Positions 36,401 to 46,200 of a stretch of 64,000 nt of DNA are shown here, piece by piece. The stretch spans positions 672,001-736,000 of the forward strand of contig CAXXDV010000003.1 of the NCBI GenBank assembly GCA_963674745.2. Reading direction: 5' to 3'. Numbering within the stretch: position 1 is the stretch's first letter; the number at the start of each line of letters is the position of its first letter. The notes below the pieces were generated by a model that worked only from the letters and a program-made list of their open reading frames with translations, did no database searches and had not been told where the DNA came from. Origin of the DNA: Desulfosudaceae bacterium. Its GTDB lineage: Bacteria; Desulfobacterota; Desulfobacteria; Desulfobacterales; Desulfosudaceae. The position numbers were made by a program, and so were the translations under genes.

Positions 36401-36640
36401 CGTCAGCAGGGAAAGAAACTGGGTTACACGCATGATGTCCGCAAAATCGGTTCCGCCGGATGCTTTGGCATGATATCGGCGATCGCCGATAATCGCCATC
36501 TCACCATATTCGATTACATTCTGCAGCAAGCGGTCTCCGGTTGAACTGGGGACCATCCAGTCCGGCGTATCAGGCCGGATAAATACCGGTGTATTATCAA
36601 GTTCAAATCTTACCCAGTCCTCGAAACGGTTTTTCTTCAC
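33497..36640 (-). CDS. Radical SAM + degenerate SPASM-like + ArsM-like methyltransferase + Cys-rich (DUF5714-like) fusion protein
   Basis: CNLSCRHC, TGGEP, LTNG, SLDG; YGCGSP, DLGSGAG, SNCVINL, GECIAGA; CMLCG..CVFCG..CEDGHFVCDSCH, HGPEHH, GGACGFWGTCGAA, RCCQR. Confidence 0.9.
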   Translation of the reverse strand: MKKNRFEDWVRFELDNTPVFIRPDTPDWMVPSSTGDRLLQNVIEYGEMAIIGDRRYHAKASGGTDFADIMRVTQFLSLLTSPEIEDYDGRAGALQLNHLKECWLHITDQCNLSCRHCLFSCSAKTQTTLSLESIKTVVSDAYGLGTRVFYLTGGEPLVHPDFQQICRLVLFDFPDTMLAILTNGILLPEQRSFLQSLPSDRLFLQVSLDGLEDVNDDLRGKGSFAKIVNGLTALDGLGLQTTLSMAVTPDNRHQMTDMVSLAARHNINSVHYMWLLNTGRASGLSYVPADALFSDLVQSHALAKKNNVTIDNISNLSAQVFSTPGTRYDLGNAGWESLAIGPNGSVYPTPALIGRKDTVCGHISENLENVWRNSPALASLRELSIVSDTNYNANPLKYIIGGGDIDHSYYAGGAYVGHDPYVPLYNRLALWLMVQSAQIVEERPWPQIRRKMGEKLLHCIQEGEGVALTHSNCVLTFSGTRGVVGEFYSTAAEDENTDITNPVCYPDAEMPHIPPAARIRSYGCGSPVLDAAIKPGETVVDLGSGAGVECYIAARKVGPKGSVTGIDMLDNMLALARRPMDEVADNLGYRNVEFKKGFLEQLPVSDKTVDVVISNCVINLSEDKRRTFSEIFRVLTPGGRIFISDVVTDTPCPPAIQNDAKLRGECIAGALVQPHLIAILESAGFCHIRIVKRFFYKEVLGHHFYSVTYTAFRPMPEEKSPAMYPGPYAAVVTDDGELLLRGQVSEINWPYDAQGDSAIFKLDAMGNVDNIEAANACSCGIPPEGAVSCDCSVPPEDSRSAGDKPAPVTALFMNNDPKHSRDCMLCGKPLIYFSEDRQETCVFCGNKLMANAACEDGHFVCDSCHGSDMVDIVKHVCTHTDLVDMIDLINQLRRHPAFSVHGPEHHFAVPGVITATYKNLGGDLTEKDIVTAIERGRAVPGGACGFWGTCGAAVGVGIAFGIILKSNPLAPGPRQIIQKVSEAIISRLNRTEAARCCQREVWTALKAAAELSETYLPLPLKADGDVQCRQQGRNRECIQKDCPYFKI

Positions 36641-36664
36641 ATCAATCCTCTATAAAAATTCGGG

Positions 36665-38806
36665 TTATCCGCGTCGCCAGGCCAGGTAGCGTTGGACCAG
36701 GCCAAGGGCCTTTTCCGGCACCCGGGCTTTTTTCCACTCACCGGCCGCGAAACGGTTGGCCTCCGTCAGCGTGGGATAAATATGTATGGTGCCGAGCATT
36801 TTATTTAACCCGATATTGTGCTTCATGGCCAGGACAAATTCGGCGATCAGGTCGTCGGCCTGAGAACCGACGATGGTGACGCCAAGGATTGTATCTTTAC
36901 CCGGCCGGGTCAATACCTTGACAAACCCTCTGGCTTCCGAGTCGGTAATGGCCCGGTCAAGATCGTCAATATGATAACGGGTGATTTCATAGTCGATGTC
37001 GGCCGCTTGGGCTTCGGTTTCATTCAGGCCCACCCGGGCCACTTCCGGATCGGTAAACGTCGCCCATGGAATGACCCGGTAATCGATTTTGAATTTTTTG
37101 ATGCCGCCGAACAAGGCGTTTACAGCCGCGAACCAGGCCTGGTAAGCGGCCACGTGGGTGAACTGAAAGGGGCCGACCACGTCACCGGCGGCGTAAATAT
37201 TGGGCAGGGCGGTCTGCAACCGGTCATTGGTTTTGACGGTGCCGTTGGGATTGACCGCGACACCGATTTCTTCCAGGCCGAAGCCCCGGGTGTTGGCCCG
37301 GCGTCCCACAGCTACCAGCAGGGCGTCGAATTCAATGGTGACATCCCGGTCATCATGAAGGCAGACCAGTATTTTTTTGTCCTGTTCAACCCGGACTTCT
37401 TTGGCCTGGTGACGGGTCAGAACGGTTATGCCTTCTTCAATAAAGGTGTTTTTAATGAAATCCGCGACATCCTTGTCTTCACGGCCCATGATCTGGTGTG
37501 CCATCTCGACCTGTGTGACCCGGGAACCAAGACGCGCAAATGCCTGGCTAAGCTCGCAGCCGATGGGCCCGCCTCCCAGGACGACCAAGCGGTCGGGACG
37601 TTCCTTTAACGACCAGATCGTGTCGGATGTCAGGTAGTCGATCTGATCAAGGCCGGGAATAGGGGGTATCAATGGGCCGGCGCCGGTCGCTACCACGATG
37701 CTCCGGGTGGTGATGATCCTGTCGTTGACTTCGATTTCATAGGGGGAGGTAATCCGGGCCTGCCCGGAGATGCAGTCAACACCCAGATCGGTATACCGTT
37801 CGACGGAATCATGGGGTTCTATTTTTTTGATGATGTCTGTCACCCGCTGCATGACATCGGCAAACTCAAAATCCACCCGCGTCTGACGAAAACCGAATTC
37901 AGAGGCCCGGCGGGCGAAGTTCAGCATTCTGGCACTGCGGATCAGGGCTTTGCTGGGCACGCAACCGGTGTTCAGGCAGTCCCCGCCCATTTTGTCTTTT
38001 TCAATTAATGCCACGCCGGCCTTGACCGTGGCCGCGATATAAGCGGTCACCAGTCCGGCTGAGCCGGCCCCGATAACGACCAGGTTGTAGTCGAACCGGG
38101 ACGGTCGCCGGAAACGTGCCATCGCCCGCCTGTTCTTTACAAAATTCGTAAAGGCCCTGGCAACCCATGGAAACACGCCCAGCAGGGCAAACGAGGCGAT
38201 CAGTGCCGGTGAAAGAATGTCGCCCGGGGATTGGACCCGGGACAGCTGGGTACCGGCATTGATAAACACCAGTGTTCCGGGCAGCATGCCCACCTGGCTG
38301 ACGATATAGAACATGCCGGTCCGGATGGGGGTCAGTCCCATAACGACATTGATCACAAAAAACGGGAATATCGGCACCAGACGGAGGGTGAATAGGTAAA
38401 AGGGACCGTCTTTTTGAATGCCCTCATTGATCTTTTTCAACCGGTCGGCAAAACGGGTCTGGATATAATTTCTTAACAGAAAACGTGCCATCAGGAAGGC
38501 CAGGGTGGCACCGATGGTACTGGCAAAAGAGACAACGATCAGGCCGGTCAGCAGGCCGAACAACGCTCCTCCGGCCAGGGTCATAACAGCTGCTCCGGGA
38601 AGTGACAGGGCGGCCATGATGATGTAGGTGCCGGCATAGACGGCGATGGTCAGCAGGGTATGGTCGGTATAAAAAGCTTCCAGATCGGCCTGTCTGGCCT
38701 TGAGGTTGTCAAAGGTAATATGGTGGTGAAGCCCGGAGGCGAAAAACAGGGTAATCCCCAGGACAATCAGCACAAGCACAAGCAGTTTATAAAATCTACG
38801 GTTCAT
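36665..38806 (-). CDS. TVP38/DedA membrane domain fused to a flavoprotein disulfide reductase (Lpd/MerA-like)
   Basis: LSLPGA, LRLVPIFPF, GMLPGT (VTT/DedA); GAGSAG, GGDCLNTGCVP, GGGPIGCE, AAGDV, HIYPT..E. Confidence 0.92.
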   Translation of the reverse strand: MNRRFYKLLVLVLIVLGITLFFASGLHHHITFDNLKARQADLEAFYTDHTLLTIAVYAGTYIIMAALSLPGAAVMTLAGGALFGLLTGLIVVSFASTIGATLAFLMARFLLRNYIQTRFADRLKKINEGIQKDGPFYLFTLRLVPIFPFFVINVVMGLTPIRTGMFYIVSQVGMLPGTLVFINAGTQLSRVQSPGDILSPALIASFALLGVFPWVARAFTNFVKNRRAMARFRRPSRFDYNLVVIGAGSAGLVTAYIAATVKAGVALIEKDKMGGDCLNTGCVPSKALIRSARMLNFARRASEFGFRQTRVDFEFADVMQRVTDIIKKIEPHDSVERYTDLGVDCISGQARITSPYEIEVNDRIITTRSIVVATGAGPLIPPIPGLDQIDYLTSDTIWSLKERPDRLVVLGGGPIGCELSQAFARLGSRVTQVEMAHQIMGREDKDVADFIKNTFIEEGITVLTRHQAKEVRVEQDKKILVCLHDDRDVTIEFDALLVAVGRRANTRGFGLEEIGVAVNPNGTVKTNDRLQTALPNIYAAGDVVGPFQFTHVAAYQAWFAAVNALFGGIKKFKIDYRVIPWATFTDPEVARVGLNETEAQAADIDYEITRYHIDDLDRAITDSEARGFVKVLTRPGKDTILGVTIVGSQADDLIAEFVLAMKHNIGLNKMLGTIHIYPTLTEANRFAAGEWKKARVPEKALGLVQRYLAWRRG

Positions 38807-38836
38807 TTGAGGCTGATCTCCCGGGTTGTCTGATGA

Positions 38837-39172
38837 TTAGAGTTTTTCTTTATCCAGCCGTTCAAGATAGGCGTCCCATTCCACCGGTACCAGCCGGTTC
38901 TTTTCGGTGTTGCAGGTCTTGCAGGCCGGAACCACGTTGCCTTTTGTGGTTTTACCGCCCCGTGAAAGGGGCACGACATGATCCATTGTCATCTCCGCCG
39001 GCAAAAAGGACCGGCCGCAGTAATGGCAGACACCCCGGGCGATCTGCCTTTTCCACCACTGGGTCTTCCGCATTTCCCGGGCCTTGTTTTTTTCCCGCTT
39101 TATCCCGCTGTCACTGATCAGATTGTCACTGAAACGTGTTGTCCGGCGGTTTCTTTTTGGTCGATCAGCCAC
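38837..39172 (-). CDS. Small HNH endonuclease
   Basis: CHYCG...TMDHVVPLSRGG...NVVPACKTCN. Confidence 0.88.
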   Translation of the reverse strand: MADRPKRNRRTTRFSDNLISDSGIKREKNKAREMRKTQWWKRQIARGVCHYCGRSFLPAEMTMDHVVPLSRGGKTTKGNVVPACKTCNTEKNRLVPVEWDAYLERLDKEKL

Positions 39173-39981
39173 TGTTGTACCGCTTGTGTCAGTAATTGAT
39201 AATATTGCCGGGTCCCACCCAGGCCGCGCCGTCCAAAATAATAGTTGATCTCCAGGAAGAACGGCCGTTCGTTTTTTTCTGTTGATGAAAAAATCAGGTC
39301 AAAACCGGCCAGGTTGATGCCGGTTTGATCGCAGAATTTGCTTACCGCCCGGATGCCTTTTTCCCTGAGGTCCGGCCGCGTGTTTTTATCAATGGCGGCG
39401 CCACGGGCGGCGTTGACGCGGAAGTCGTCAGGATTCCGGCTGACCCGCCAGTAAGCGATAATGGTTTTGTATATAACACATACTCTCAGCACCCGGCCAC
39501 CGGTTTCAATGTAATCCTGGACAAGAAAGCCCGGGTCTCCTGTTTTTTCGGTTTTTGCCGCCAGGTCCAGAAACGGGGGAATGCCTTCGGCGGTTTTGAC
39601 CAGAAAGACACCACGGCCTTCGTCCGTTCCGTTCAGTTTCAGTACCACCGGAAAATCAAAGCCCGGATCCCCGGGGTGATTGACGCGGTTGTAAAAATCA
39701 ACGGTGTCAGAGAATATCACGGTTTCCGGGTGGGGTGTGCCGGTTTTCCGGAACAGCCGTATCTGGCCGGTTTTTCCCGGGTAGGCGAATTTGCTGTCAA
39801 AATTCGGAAACACGCTACGGCAATGGGCGCCGGCTGCTTCATACAGTTCTTTTTTGCAGGCCTGGGGCAGAATGACGGCCGAAGCCTGACTGATGGCCGC
39901 GATGTCTTCAGTCGTCAGATTTCTGCCGCCGCAATTGATGAACCGATCACCGGAAAAGCAGGGGTGAAACGAAAGGATCAT
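39118..39981 (-). CDS. RimK-like ATP-grasp protein
   Basis: FPVVLK, EGRGVFLV, LVQDYI, AGFDL, LEINY; ATG 39981 overlaps the era stop (ATGA). Confidence 0.82.
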   Translation of the reverse strand: MILSFHPCFSGDRFINCGGRNLTTEDIAAISQASAVILPQACKKELYEAAGAHCRSVFPNFDSKFAYPGKTGQIRLFRKTGTPHPETVIFSDTVDFYNRVNHPGDPGFDFPVVLKLNGTDEGRGVFLVKTAEGIPPFLDLAAKTEKTGDPGFLVQDYIETGGRVLRVCVIYKTIIAYWRVSRNPDDFRVNAARGAAIDKNTRPDLREKGIRAVSKFCDQTGINLAGFDLIFSSTEKNERPFFLEINYYFGRRGLGGTRQYYQLLTQAVQQWLIDQKETAGQHVSVTI

Positions 39982-40901
39982 GAGTAGCCGAACTCCGTCA
40001 AGTTGGCGTCGCTGGAGCGCCATTTGTCCTGGACCCGCACAAAAAGCTCCAGGTATACTCTGGCGCCGGTCATGCGCTGAATATCCAGGCGGCTTTTTTC
40101 ACCGATCTCTTTCAGCTGTTGTCCTTTTTTGCCGATGATAATGCCTTTTTGTGAGGACCTTTCCACATGAATAGTGGCCTGGATATGGATTACCGCGCCG
40201 CCCTTTTTTTCTTTGAATGAATCAATGCTGACAGCCGTTGAATATGGGATCTCCTGGTTGGTCAGGCGAAAAATCTTTTCCCTGATCATTTCCGCGGCAA
40301 TAAACCGTTCCGGCATATCGGTTACCATGTCATCCGGAAACAGGGGGGCACCGGAAGGAAGAAGCGTTTCCAGCACCCGGACCAGTTCGTCGGCCTGGTC
40401 ACCATGTTTGGCGGATACCGGAACAATATCGGAAAAGGCGTAGATGGTTCGCCATTGATCAATGTGCGCCAGAATGTCTGGCTTTTTGATCAGGTCGATT
40501 TTGTTCAGGGCCAGGACGACCGGCGTATTTATCCTTTCCAACTGGCGGACGATCAGCCTTGAATCGTTCATGCGGGGTCGGCCGGAAACGTCAATCATCA
40601 TCAGTATAAGGTCGACATCAGCCAGGGCGGATATGGCCGTATTGACGATCCGGGTATTGAGTTTGCCGGTGGCTTTGAAAATACCGGGCGTATCGATAAA
40701 GACCAGTTGCGATTTCTCCCGGCTGACAATACCCAGAATCCGGTTCCGGGTCGTCTGCGGTTTGTTTGACGTAATGGAGATTTTTTCGCCGGTCAGCCGG
40801 TTGAGCAGGGTCGATTTGCCGGCATTGGGCGGTCCGCAGATGGCGATAAATCCGGATCGGAAATCATTCTCCGGGTGGTTGTTTTGTGTCTTGCTCGTCA
40901 T
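39978..40901 (-). CDS. era: GTPase Era
   Basis: GPPNAGKSTL, KPQTTR, DTPG, NKID, EIPYS, KH-domain GIIIGKKG. Confidence 0.97.
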   Translation of the reverse strand: MTSKTQNNHPENDFRSGFIAICGPPNAGKSTLLNRLTGEKISITSNKPQTTRNRILGIVSREKSQLVFIDTPGIFKATGKLNTRIVNTAISALADVDLILMMIDVSGRPRMNDSRLIVRQLERINTPVVLALNKIDLIKKPDILAHIDQWRTIYAFSDIVPVSAKHGDQADELVRVLETLLPSGAPLFPDDMVTDMPERFIAAEMIREKIFRLTNQEIPYSTAVSIDSFKEKKGGAVIHIQATIHVERSSQKGIIIGKKGQQLKEIGEKSRLDIQRMTGARVYLELFVRVQDKWRSSDANLTEFGYS

Positions 40902-41481
40902 ATCCCGTCATGTCCTCAATGGCGGTCAGAACCGCCTCTTTACCCAACCGGGTTTTGGTTGAAAAACGGATGAGATTACGCTCATCCAGCCCGAATGCCG
41001 CCGCAATAGCCTGGTGTTGTTTTTGTTGGGCTGTTTTTTTTAATTTATCGGCCTTGGTCAGGATAATAATAAATGGAATTCCGTGGCGTGTAAACAGGTC
41101 CAGGAGGATGAACTCATCTTCCCGGGGCTCGCGCCGCAGGTCGACCAGCAGGGCCGCGCCTTTTAATGCCGACCTGTCGGTCAGGTAGGTATCGATCATC
41201 GGCCCCCAGGCTTTCTGCTCCCGGCGGGATACCTTGGCATAACCATAACCGGGAAGGTCTACGAAAATCAACCGGTTGTTGATATCAAAAAAATTGACCA
41301 AACGGGTTTTTCCCGGCGTGGAACTGGTCTTGACCAGGTTACGGCGGTTTACCAGGCAGTTGATCAGAGAGGATTTGCCCACGTTGGAACGGCCGGCAAA
41401 GGCGATTTCCGGCAACCCTTCGTCAGGGTACTGGTCCGGTTTGACCGCGCTGGTGATAAATTCTGCGGATTTAATGATCAT
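40864..41481 (-). CDS. engB: Ribosome biogenesis GTPase EngB/YihA/YsxC
   Basis: GRSNVGKSSL, PGKT, DLPGYGYA, TKADK. Confidence 0.96.
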   Translation of the reverse strand: MIIKSAEFITSAVKPDQYPDEGLPEIAFAGRSNVGKSSLINCLVNRRNLVKTSSTPGKTRLVNFFDINNRLIFVDLPGYGYAKVSRREQKAWGPMIDTYLTDRSALKGAALLVDLRREPREDEFILLDLFTRHGIPFIIILTKADKLKKTAQQKQHQAIAAAFGLDERNLIRFSTKTRLGKEAVLTAIEDMTGYDEQDTKQPPGE

Positions 41482-41636
41482 GATTACTGCCCCGGATATT
41501 CCATGACGTATATGGACACCCATATCTTTTAGACGATTAAGACGAACTTCAATACACCGTCGTTTATTGATTACCGGCAGGCAGATCTGCCGAAAGTCAT
41601 GAAATTATCCGATCGGGCCGGTTGCCCACGAAAAGT

Positions 41637-42512
41637 TTACAGTACCTTGTTTAACGGATATTCGATAATACCTTCGGCACCGTTGGCCATCAGTTCCGGG
41701 ATCAGGTCCCGTACGGCGTTGGCCGCTACAACGGTTTCAACGGCAAACCATTCCGACTGGTATAAAGGGGATACGGTCGGGGCGTTCAGGCTGGGCAAAA
41801 GGGCCATAATTTTTTCCAGCCGGTCACCCGGAGCGTTCATCTTCAGACCGACCATTTTTTCGGCCTGCAGGGCACCGGTCAGCAGCAGCGCGATCTGTTC
41901 CAGCTTTTTCCGTTTGAAAGAATCCTTCCAGGCCTCGTGATTGGCAATGAGCTGGGTATGGGTCTGCATCAGCTCATGGATGATTCTCAAGTTGTGAGCC
42001 CGGATGGTGCTCTCGGTTTCGGTGATTTCCACAATGGCATCGGCCAGACCGTTTACAACTTTTGCTTCGGTGGCACCCCAGGAAAACTCGATATTGACAT
42101 TGATCTTTTTTTCCGCAAAAAAGCGCCGGGTAAAGTTGACCAGCTCGGTGGAAATGGTTTTGCCTTCCAGGTCTTCCAGTGAGTTGACAGGAGAATCCTT
42201 GGCCACGGCCAGTACCCAGCGGGCGGGACGGGCGCTGACCTTGGAGTAAATCAGGTCCGTCACCACATGAACGTCGGATTTGTTCTCAGCCGTCCAGTCC
42301 AGACCGGTCAGCCCGGCATCCAGGGTGCCGTGTTCCACGTTTATGGACATTTCCTGAGCCCGGCACAGGGCACAAGATATGTCATCATCATTAATCTCCG
42401 GAAAATAACTCCGGTCATTGACGTTGATTTTCCAGCCGGACCGTTTGAAAAGGTCGAAAGTCGCGTTCTGCAGGCTTCCCTTGGGAATTCCCAGTTTCAG
42501 CACCTGTGTCAT
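41637..42512 (-). CDS. hisG: ATP phosphoribosyltransferase (long form)
   Basis: [30 protein letters not shown]-terminal regulatory domain. Confidence 0.96.
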   Translation of the reverse strand: MTQVLKLGIPKGSLQNATFDLFKRSGWKINVNDRSYFPEINDDDISCALCRAQEMSINVEHGTLDAGLTGLDWTAENKSDVHVVTDLIYSKVSARPARWVLAVAKDSPVNSLEDLEGKTISTELVNFTRRFFAEKKINVNIEFSWGATEAKVVNGLADAIVEITETESTIRAHNLRIIHELMQTHTQLIANHEAWKDSFKRKKLEQIALLLTGALQAEKMVGLKMNAPGDRLEKIMALLPSLNAPTVSPLYQSEWFAVETVVAANAVRDLIPELMANGAEGIIEYPLNKVL

Positions 42513-42886
42513 TTTGAATATACCTCCGCGGGGTCAAATACACGTTCTTCGGTGATGATCGCTTCCCCGTCATTTTTAATTTGCGTATAAAAACAGGTCC
42601 GATACCCTTTGTGGCAGGCGGCACCGGCCTGATCCACCCGGAACAGCACGGTATCCAGGTCACAATCGATTCGGATCTCTTTGATTTTCTGGACGTGTCC
42701 GGAGGTTTCGCCTTTGACCCAGAGGGCTTTCCGGGAGCGGCTGTAGTAGGTGGCGTTTCCCGAAGCCAGGGTGGCTTCCCAGGCGTCCTTGTTGATATAA
42801 GCCAGCATCAGGACATCACCCGTTTCGTGGTCCTGGACAATGGCGGGAATCAGCCCGCCGGTTTTGTCAAAATCAGGATTGATCAT
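42509..42886 (-). CDS. hisI: Phosphoribosyl-AMP cyclohydrolase
   Basis: [34 protein letters not shown]. Confidence 0.96.
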   Translation of the reverse strand: MINPDFDKTGGLIPAIVQDHETGDVLMLAYINKDAWEATLASGNATYYSRSRKALWVKGETSGHVQKIKEIRIDCDLDTVLFRVDQAGAACHKGYRTCFYTQIKNDGEAIITEERVFDPAEVYSK

Positions 42887-43026
42887 TTTTCTGCTTTTTC
42901 TTTTGTTGTTCAGCCGATGTCGTTAAAACGACGCTTCTGCCGTTATTTTTGCTTTTAAGTATCGTTAATCCACTGTGTTGTCAATATCCTTTATCGATAA
43001 ATATGGGAGAGAAGATATGGTAATGT

Positions 43027-43056
43027 TTGACGGAACTGCATGCAGTGGGGTATAAT
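43027..43056 (+). promoter_or_regulatory. Sigma70-like promoter for subtilase 1
   Basis: TTGACG-18 nt-TATAAT. Confidence 0.6.
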
Positions 43057-43249
43057 AACAAAAATTGTAAGTATCGGTTGAATATTATTAATCCCGTAAA
43101 ACCACATCTCCCCTCAAAGGATTTTTTCTGGATTGGAGAAAGACGTTTTTGGTTTTAAAGGCAATTCCGGCGGCGATGAATCCGGAATCCGCTGTTCTGG
43201 ATGCTTTCGGCCGGCAATGGTGTGCCGGCAACGGAGAAAATCGAAAATT

Positions 43250-46200
43250 ATGAGATCCCGAGTTTTTGCTATAAGAAACAACCCCTTGCCCTTCCTTTTT
43301 TCATGCTTTATCTGGGTTTCAATATCCCTTTTGATCGGTCAGGCATTTATTGTTCCAGATGCCGGCGCCCAATGCGTTTCGTGCGCCAGGGAACAATCCT
43401 TTGACAATCTTTTTCAAAAGCTCGAGCAGGCGGAATCAATCAGGGTCATTGTCTGGCTGGATGTGGACGGCATAAAAGATCTGACGGCCGCTTCCAATGG
43501 CTTTTCGGTGGTTGCACCGGGCAGATCATTTCCCCAATCCGGAAAAGACGCGGACCGCAGATTGAAAGCGGCCATTGATGGTGTGGCCGATGGGGTCGTC
43601 AACGCCCTGAAGGGAACGGCTTTTAGAGTAAGTTCAAGGTTTTCGACGCTTCCATTGATTGCCATGGAGGTTTCGGCCGACGCTCTGGCGACCCTGGAAA
43701 CACTGCCCCGGGTGGTTAATTGCGTGCCGGATCGACCGGTTAAACTCATCCAGCCCATCGAGGGAAGGGTACCGGCGGGCAAATCCGGCAAGACTGTATC
43801 GGGCAGGGGCGCTGCCGACTTGAGTAAACCGTTTTTAAACAATACCACCGGCATTATCGGGGCGGAAGACGCCTGGGCCATGGGGTACACCGGTTCGGGC
43901 TGGTATGTGGCCGTCCTGGATACCGGGATTCGAAGCTCGCACGCGTTTTTTGCCGGAAAAACCATCGTGGAAAAGTGCTATTCAGCAAACAATGACTGCC
44001 CGGATGGTACCGACGAGGACGAGGGTTCCGGGGCGGCCGCGCATTATGCGTCAAGTTATCAGGGCTATGATCATGGCACCCACGTGACCGGGATCGCCGT
44101 CGGCAACAACGGTACCCTGTTCGGGGTGGCCAAAGATGCCGATATCATTGCCGTTCAGGTGTTCTCCAGATTCCCGGCGACTAGGCCTGAATGCGGCGGC
44201 TCTCCCTGCGTCATGAGTTATGACAGTGATTCGCTCAAGGGGCTTGAATATGTCTACGGGTTACGGTCGACCTACAGTATTGCTTCGGTCAATATGAGCC
44301 TGGGCGGCGGTGCCTATTCAGACTTTTGTGATGATGAAGACGCCGACCGGAAAACGGCCATCGACAACCTGCGCGCGGTGGGCATTGCCACCGTCATTGC
44401 CACCGGCAATGAATACCTTTGCGGCCAGGTCAGTTCCCCGGCCTGTGTTTCAACATGTATATCCGTGGGCGCGTCGAATGATAGTGACGTCCAGGCCTCG
44501 TTCAGCAACTGGCATCCGGTCATGCAGCGGTTTTTTGCGCCCGGTGTGTCGATAAATTCTTCAACCGGCGTTTCGGACACCAGTTATGCGTCATGGGGCG
44601 GCACGTCCATGGCCACGCCCCATGTGGCCGGCGCCTGGGCCATTTTACGCCAGGCCGATCCCGCGGCCTCGGTAACGGATATTTACGATGATCTGACCGC
44701 AACCGGGACCCTGATAACCACCACCTGTGCGGGCGGCGGCAGTGTGCCCCGGATCAACATCGACCGTGCCATTTCCTGTGATCCTAATGCTTTAGCGGTT
44801 GACGCGTTCTTGCCGCAGGCATCGGCGGTCTTGATGCCCGGCAGCCAGGTGACGCTGAATGCCCGGGTGTCCGGTGATTGCGGCGGCCTGGTGGACGGCG
44901 TGACAGTATCGGCCACGTTTTCAAATGGCGATGGTGCAGTACAAATGTATGACGACGGCCTGCATGACGACGGGGCTGCTGACGACGGTCTTTATGGCAA
45001 CTGGTGGATACCGGTTAATGAACAGGACCCGACCACCATTACCTATACCGCTTCAAAAACCGGTTACACTTCAGGTTCGGACCAGGTTGATGTTACGGTG
45101 GTCATGGATTATTGTCCTGCCGGAGCAGGTGACAGTTCATATGAACATATCGCTAACGTGACCTTTGCCGGTATCGATAATGATTCGACCTATTCGGGCG
45201 GGTATGCGGATTATACCGCCGGTACACCGGCAAATGTGACAGCCGGGACAGACGTCAATCTCTCGGTAACCATCAGCCCGGACTCCGGGGATTATTTATC
45301 GGTATTTATCGACTGGAACCGGAACTTAATTTTTGATGATCCGGCTGAAAGATACGACCTGGCGGCTGCGACAGATCAATCCGGTCCGTTTACCACCCTG
45401 GTATCCGTTCCCGAGGACGCGGCCCTGGGTGATACGCGCATGCGGGTTGTGTTGAAATGGGGGGAACGTCCGGATCCGTGTGGCGGTTTTAACTATGGTG
45501 AAGTGGAAGACTATACGGTTAATATCGCCTGTTCTCCGATCATACTGGTAGTTGACGCCCTGTCACCCACGGCCGGTGCGTTTATAGTCCCGGGCGTTGC
45601 CACGCTCCTTCAGGCCGGTTTGGCCGATCAGTGCGGAGACCCGGTCAGCGGTGCGACCGTGGAGGCAACCTTTTCAAACGGCGACAGCCCGGTTCAATTG
45701 TATGACGACGGTCTTCATGATGACGGTGCCGCCGATGACGCTCTTTTCGCCGACTGGTGGACACCGGTTAACGAGCAGGACCCGACCACTATTACATTTA
45801 CGGCCTCAAAAACCGGTTACACATCGGGCACGGACCTGGTCGATGTGGCGGTTGTGTCCGATTATTGCGATGCCGGCGGGCTTGACAGCATAATGGAATA
45901 TATTACCAACGTGACCTTTGCCGGTATTGATAATGATTCTACCCAGGCGGGCGGATATGCGGATTATACGGCCGGTACCCCCGGGAATGTGACGGCCGGG
46001 ACAGACGTCAACCTGTCGGTTACCATCAATCCGGATGCTGATGATAATGTGTCGGTATTTATCGACTGGAACCGGAACCTGGTGTTTGACGATCCCGACG
46101 AGCGATATGACCTGGTGAGCGCGACGGATCAGCCCGGTCCGTTTTCTACGCTGGTGTCGGTTCCTGCGGATGCCGTTTTGGGCGACACGTGTCTGCGGGT

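Noticed and set aside
36665..38806. Mercuric reductase merA or dihydrolipoamide dehydrogenase lpdA
   Set aside because: No C-terminal Cys-Cys, no NmerA domain, no mer genes; the Lpd HPT motif is YPT and no 2-oxoacid dehydrogenase genes are nearby.
27099..38806. Selenocysteine recoding in the selenodomain-associated cluster
   Set aside because: The redox and metal-binding motifs seen are ordinary Cys within uninterrupted ORFs; no in-frame TGA read-through candidate noticed.
38837..39172. Homing endonuclease, mobile element or defence nuclease
   Set aside because: Embedded in a housekeeping operon with no intron, repeats, methylase or compositional anomaly.
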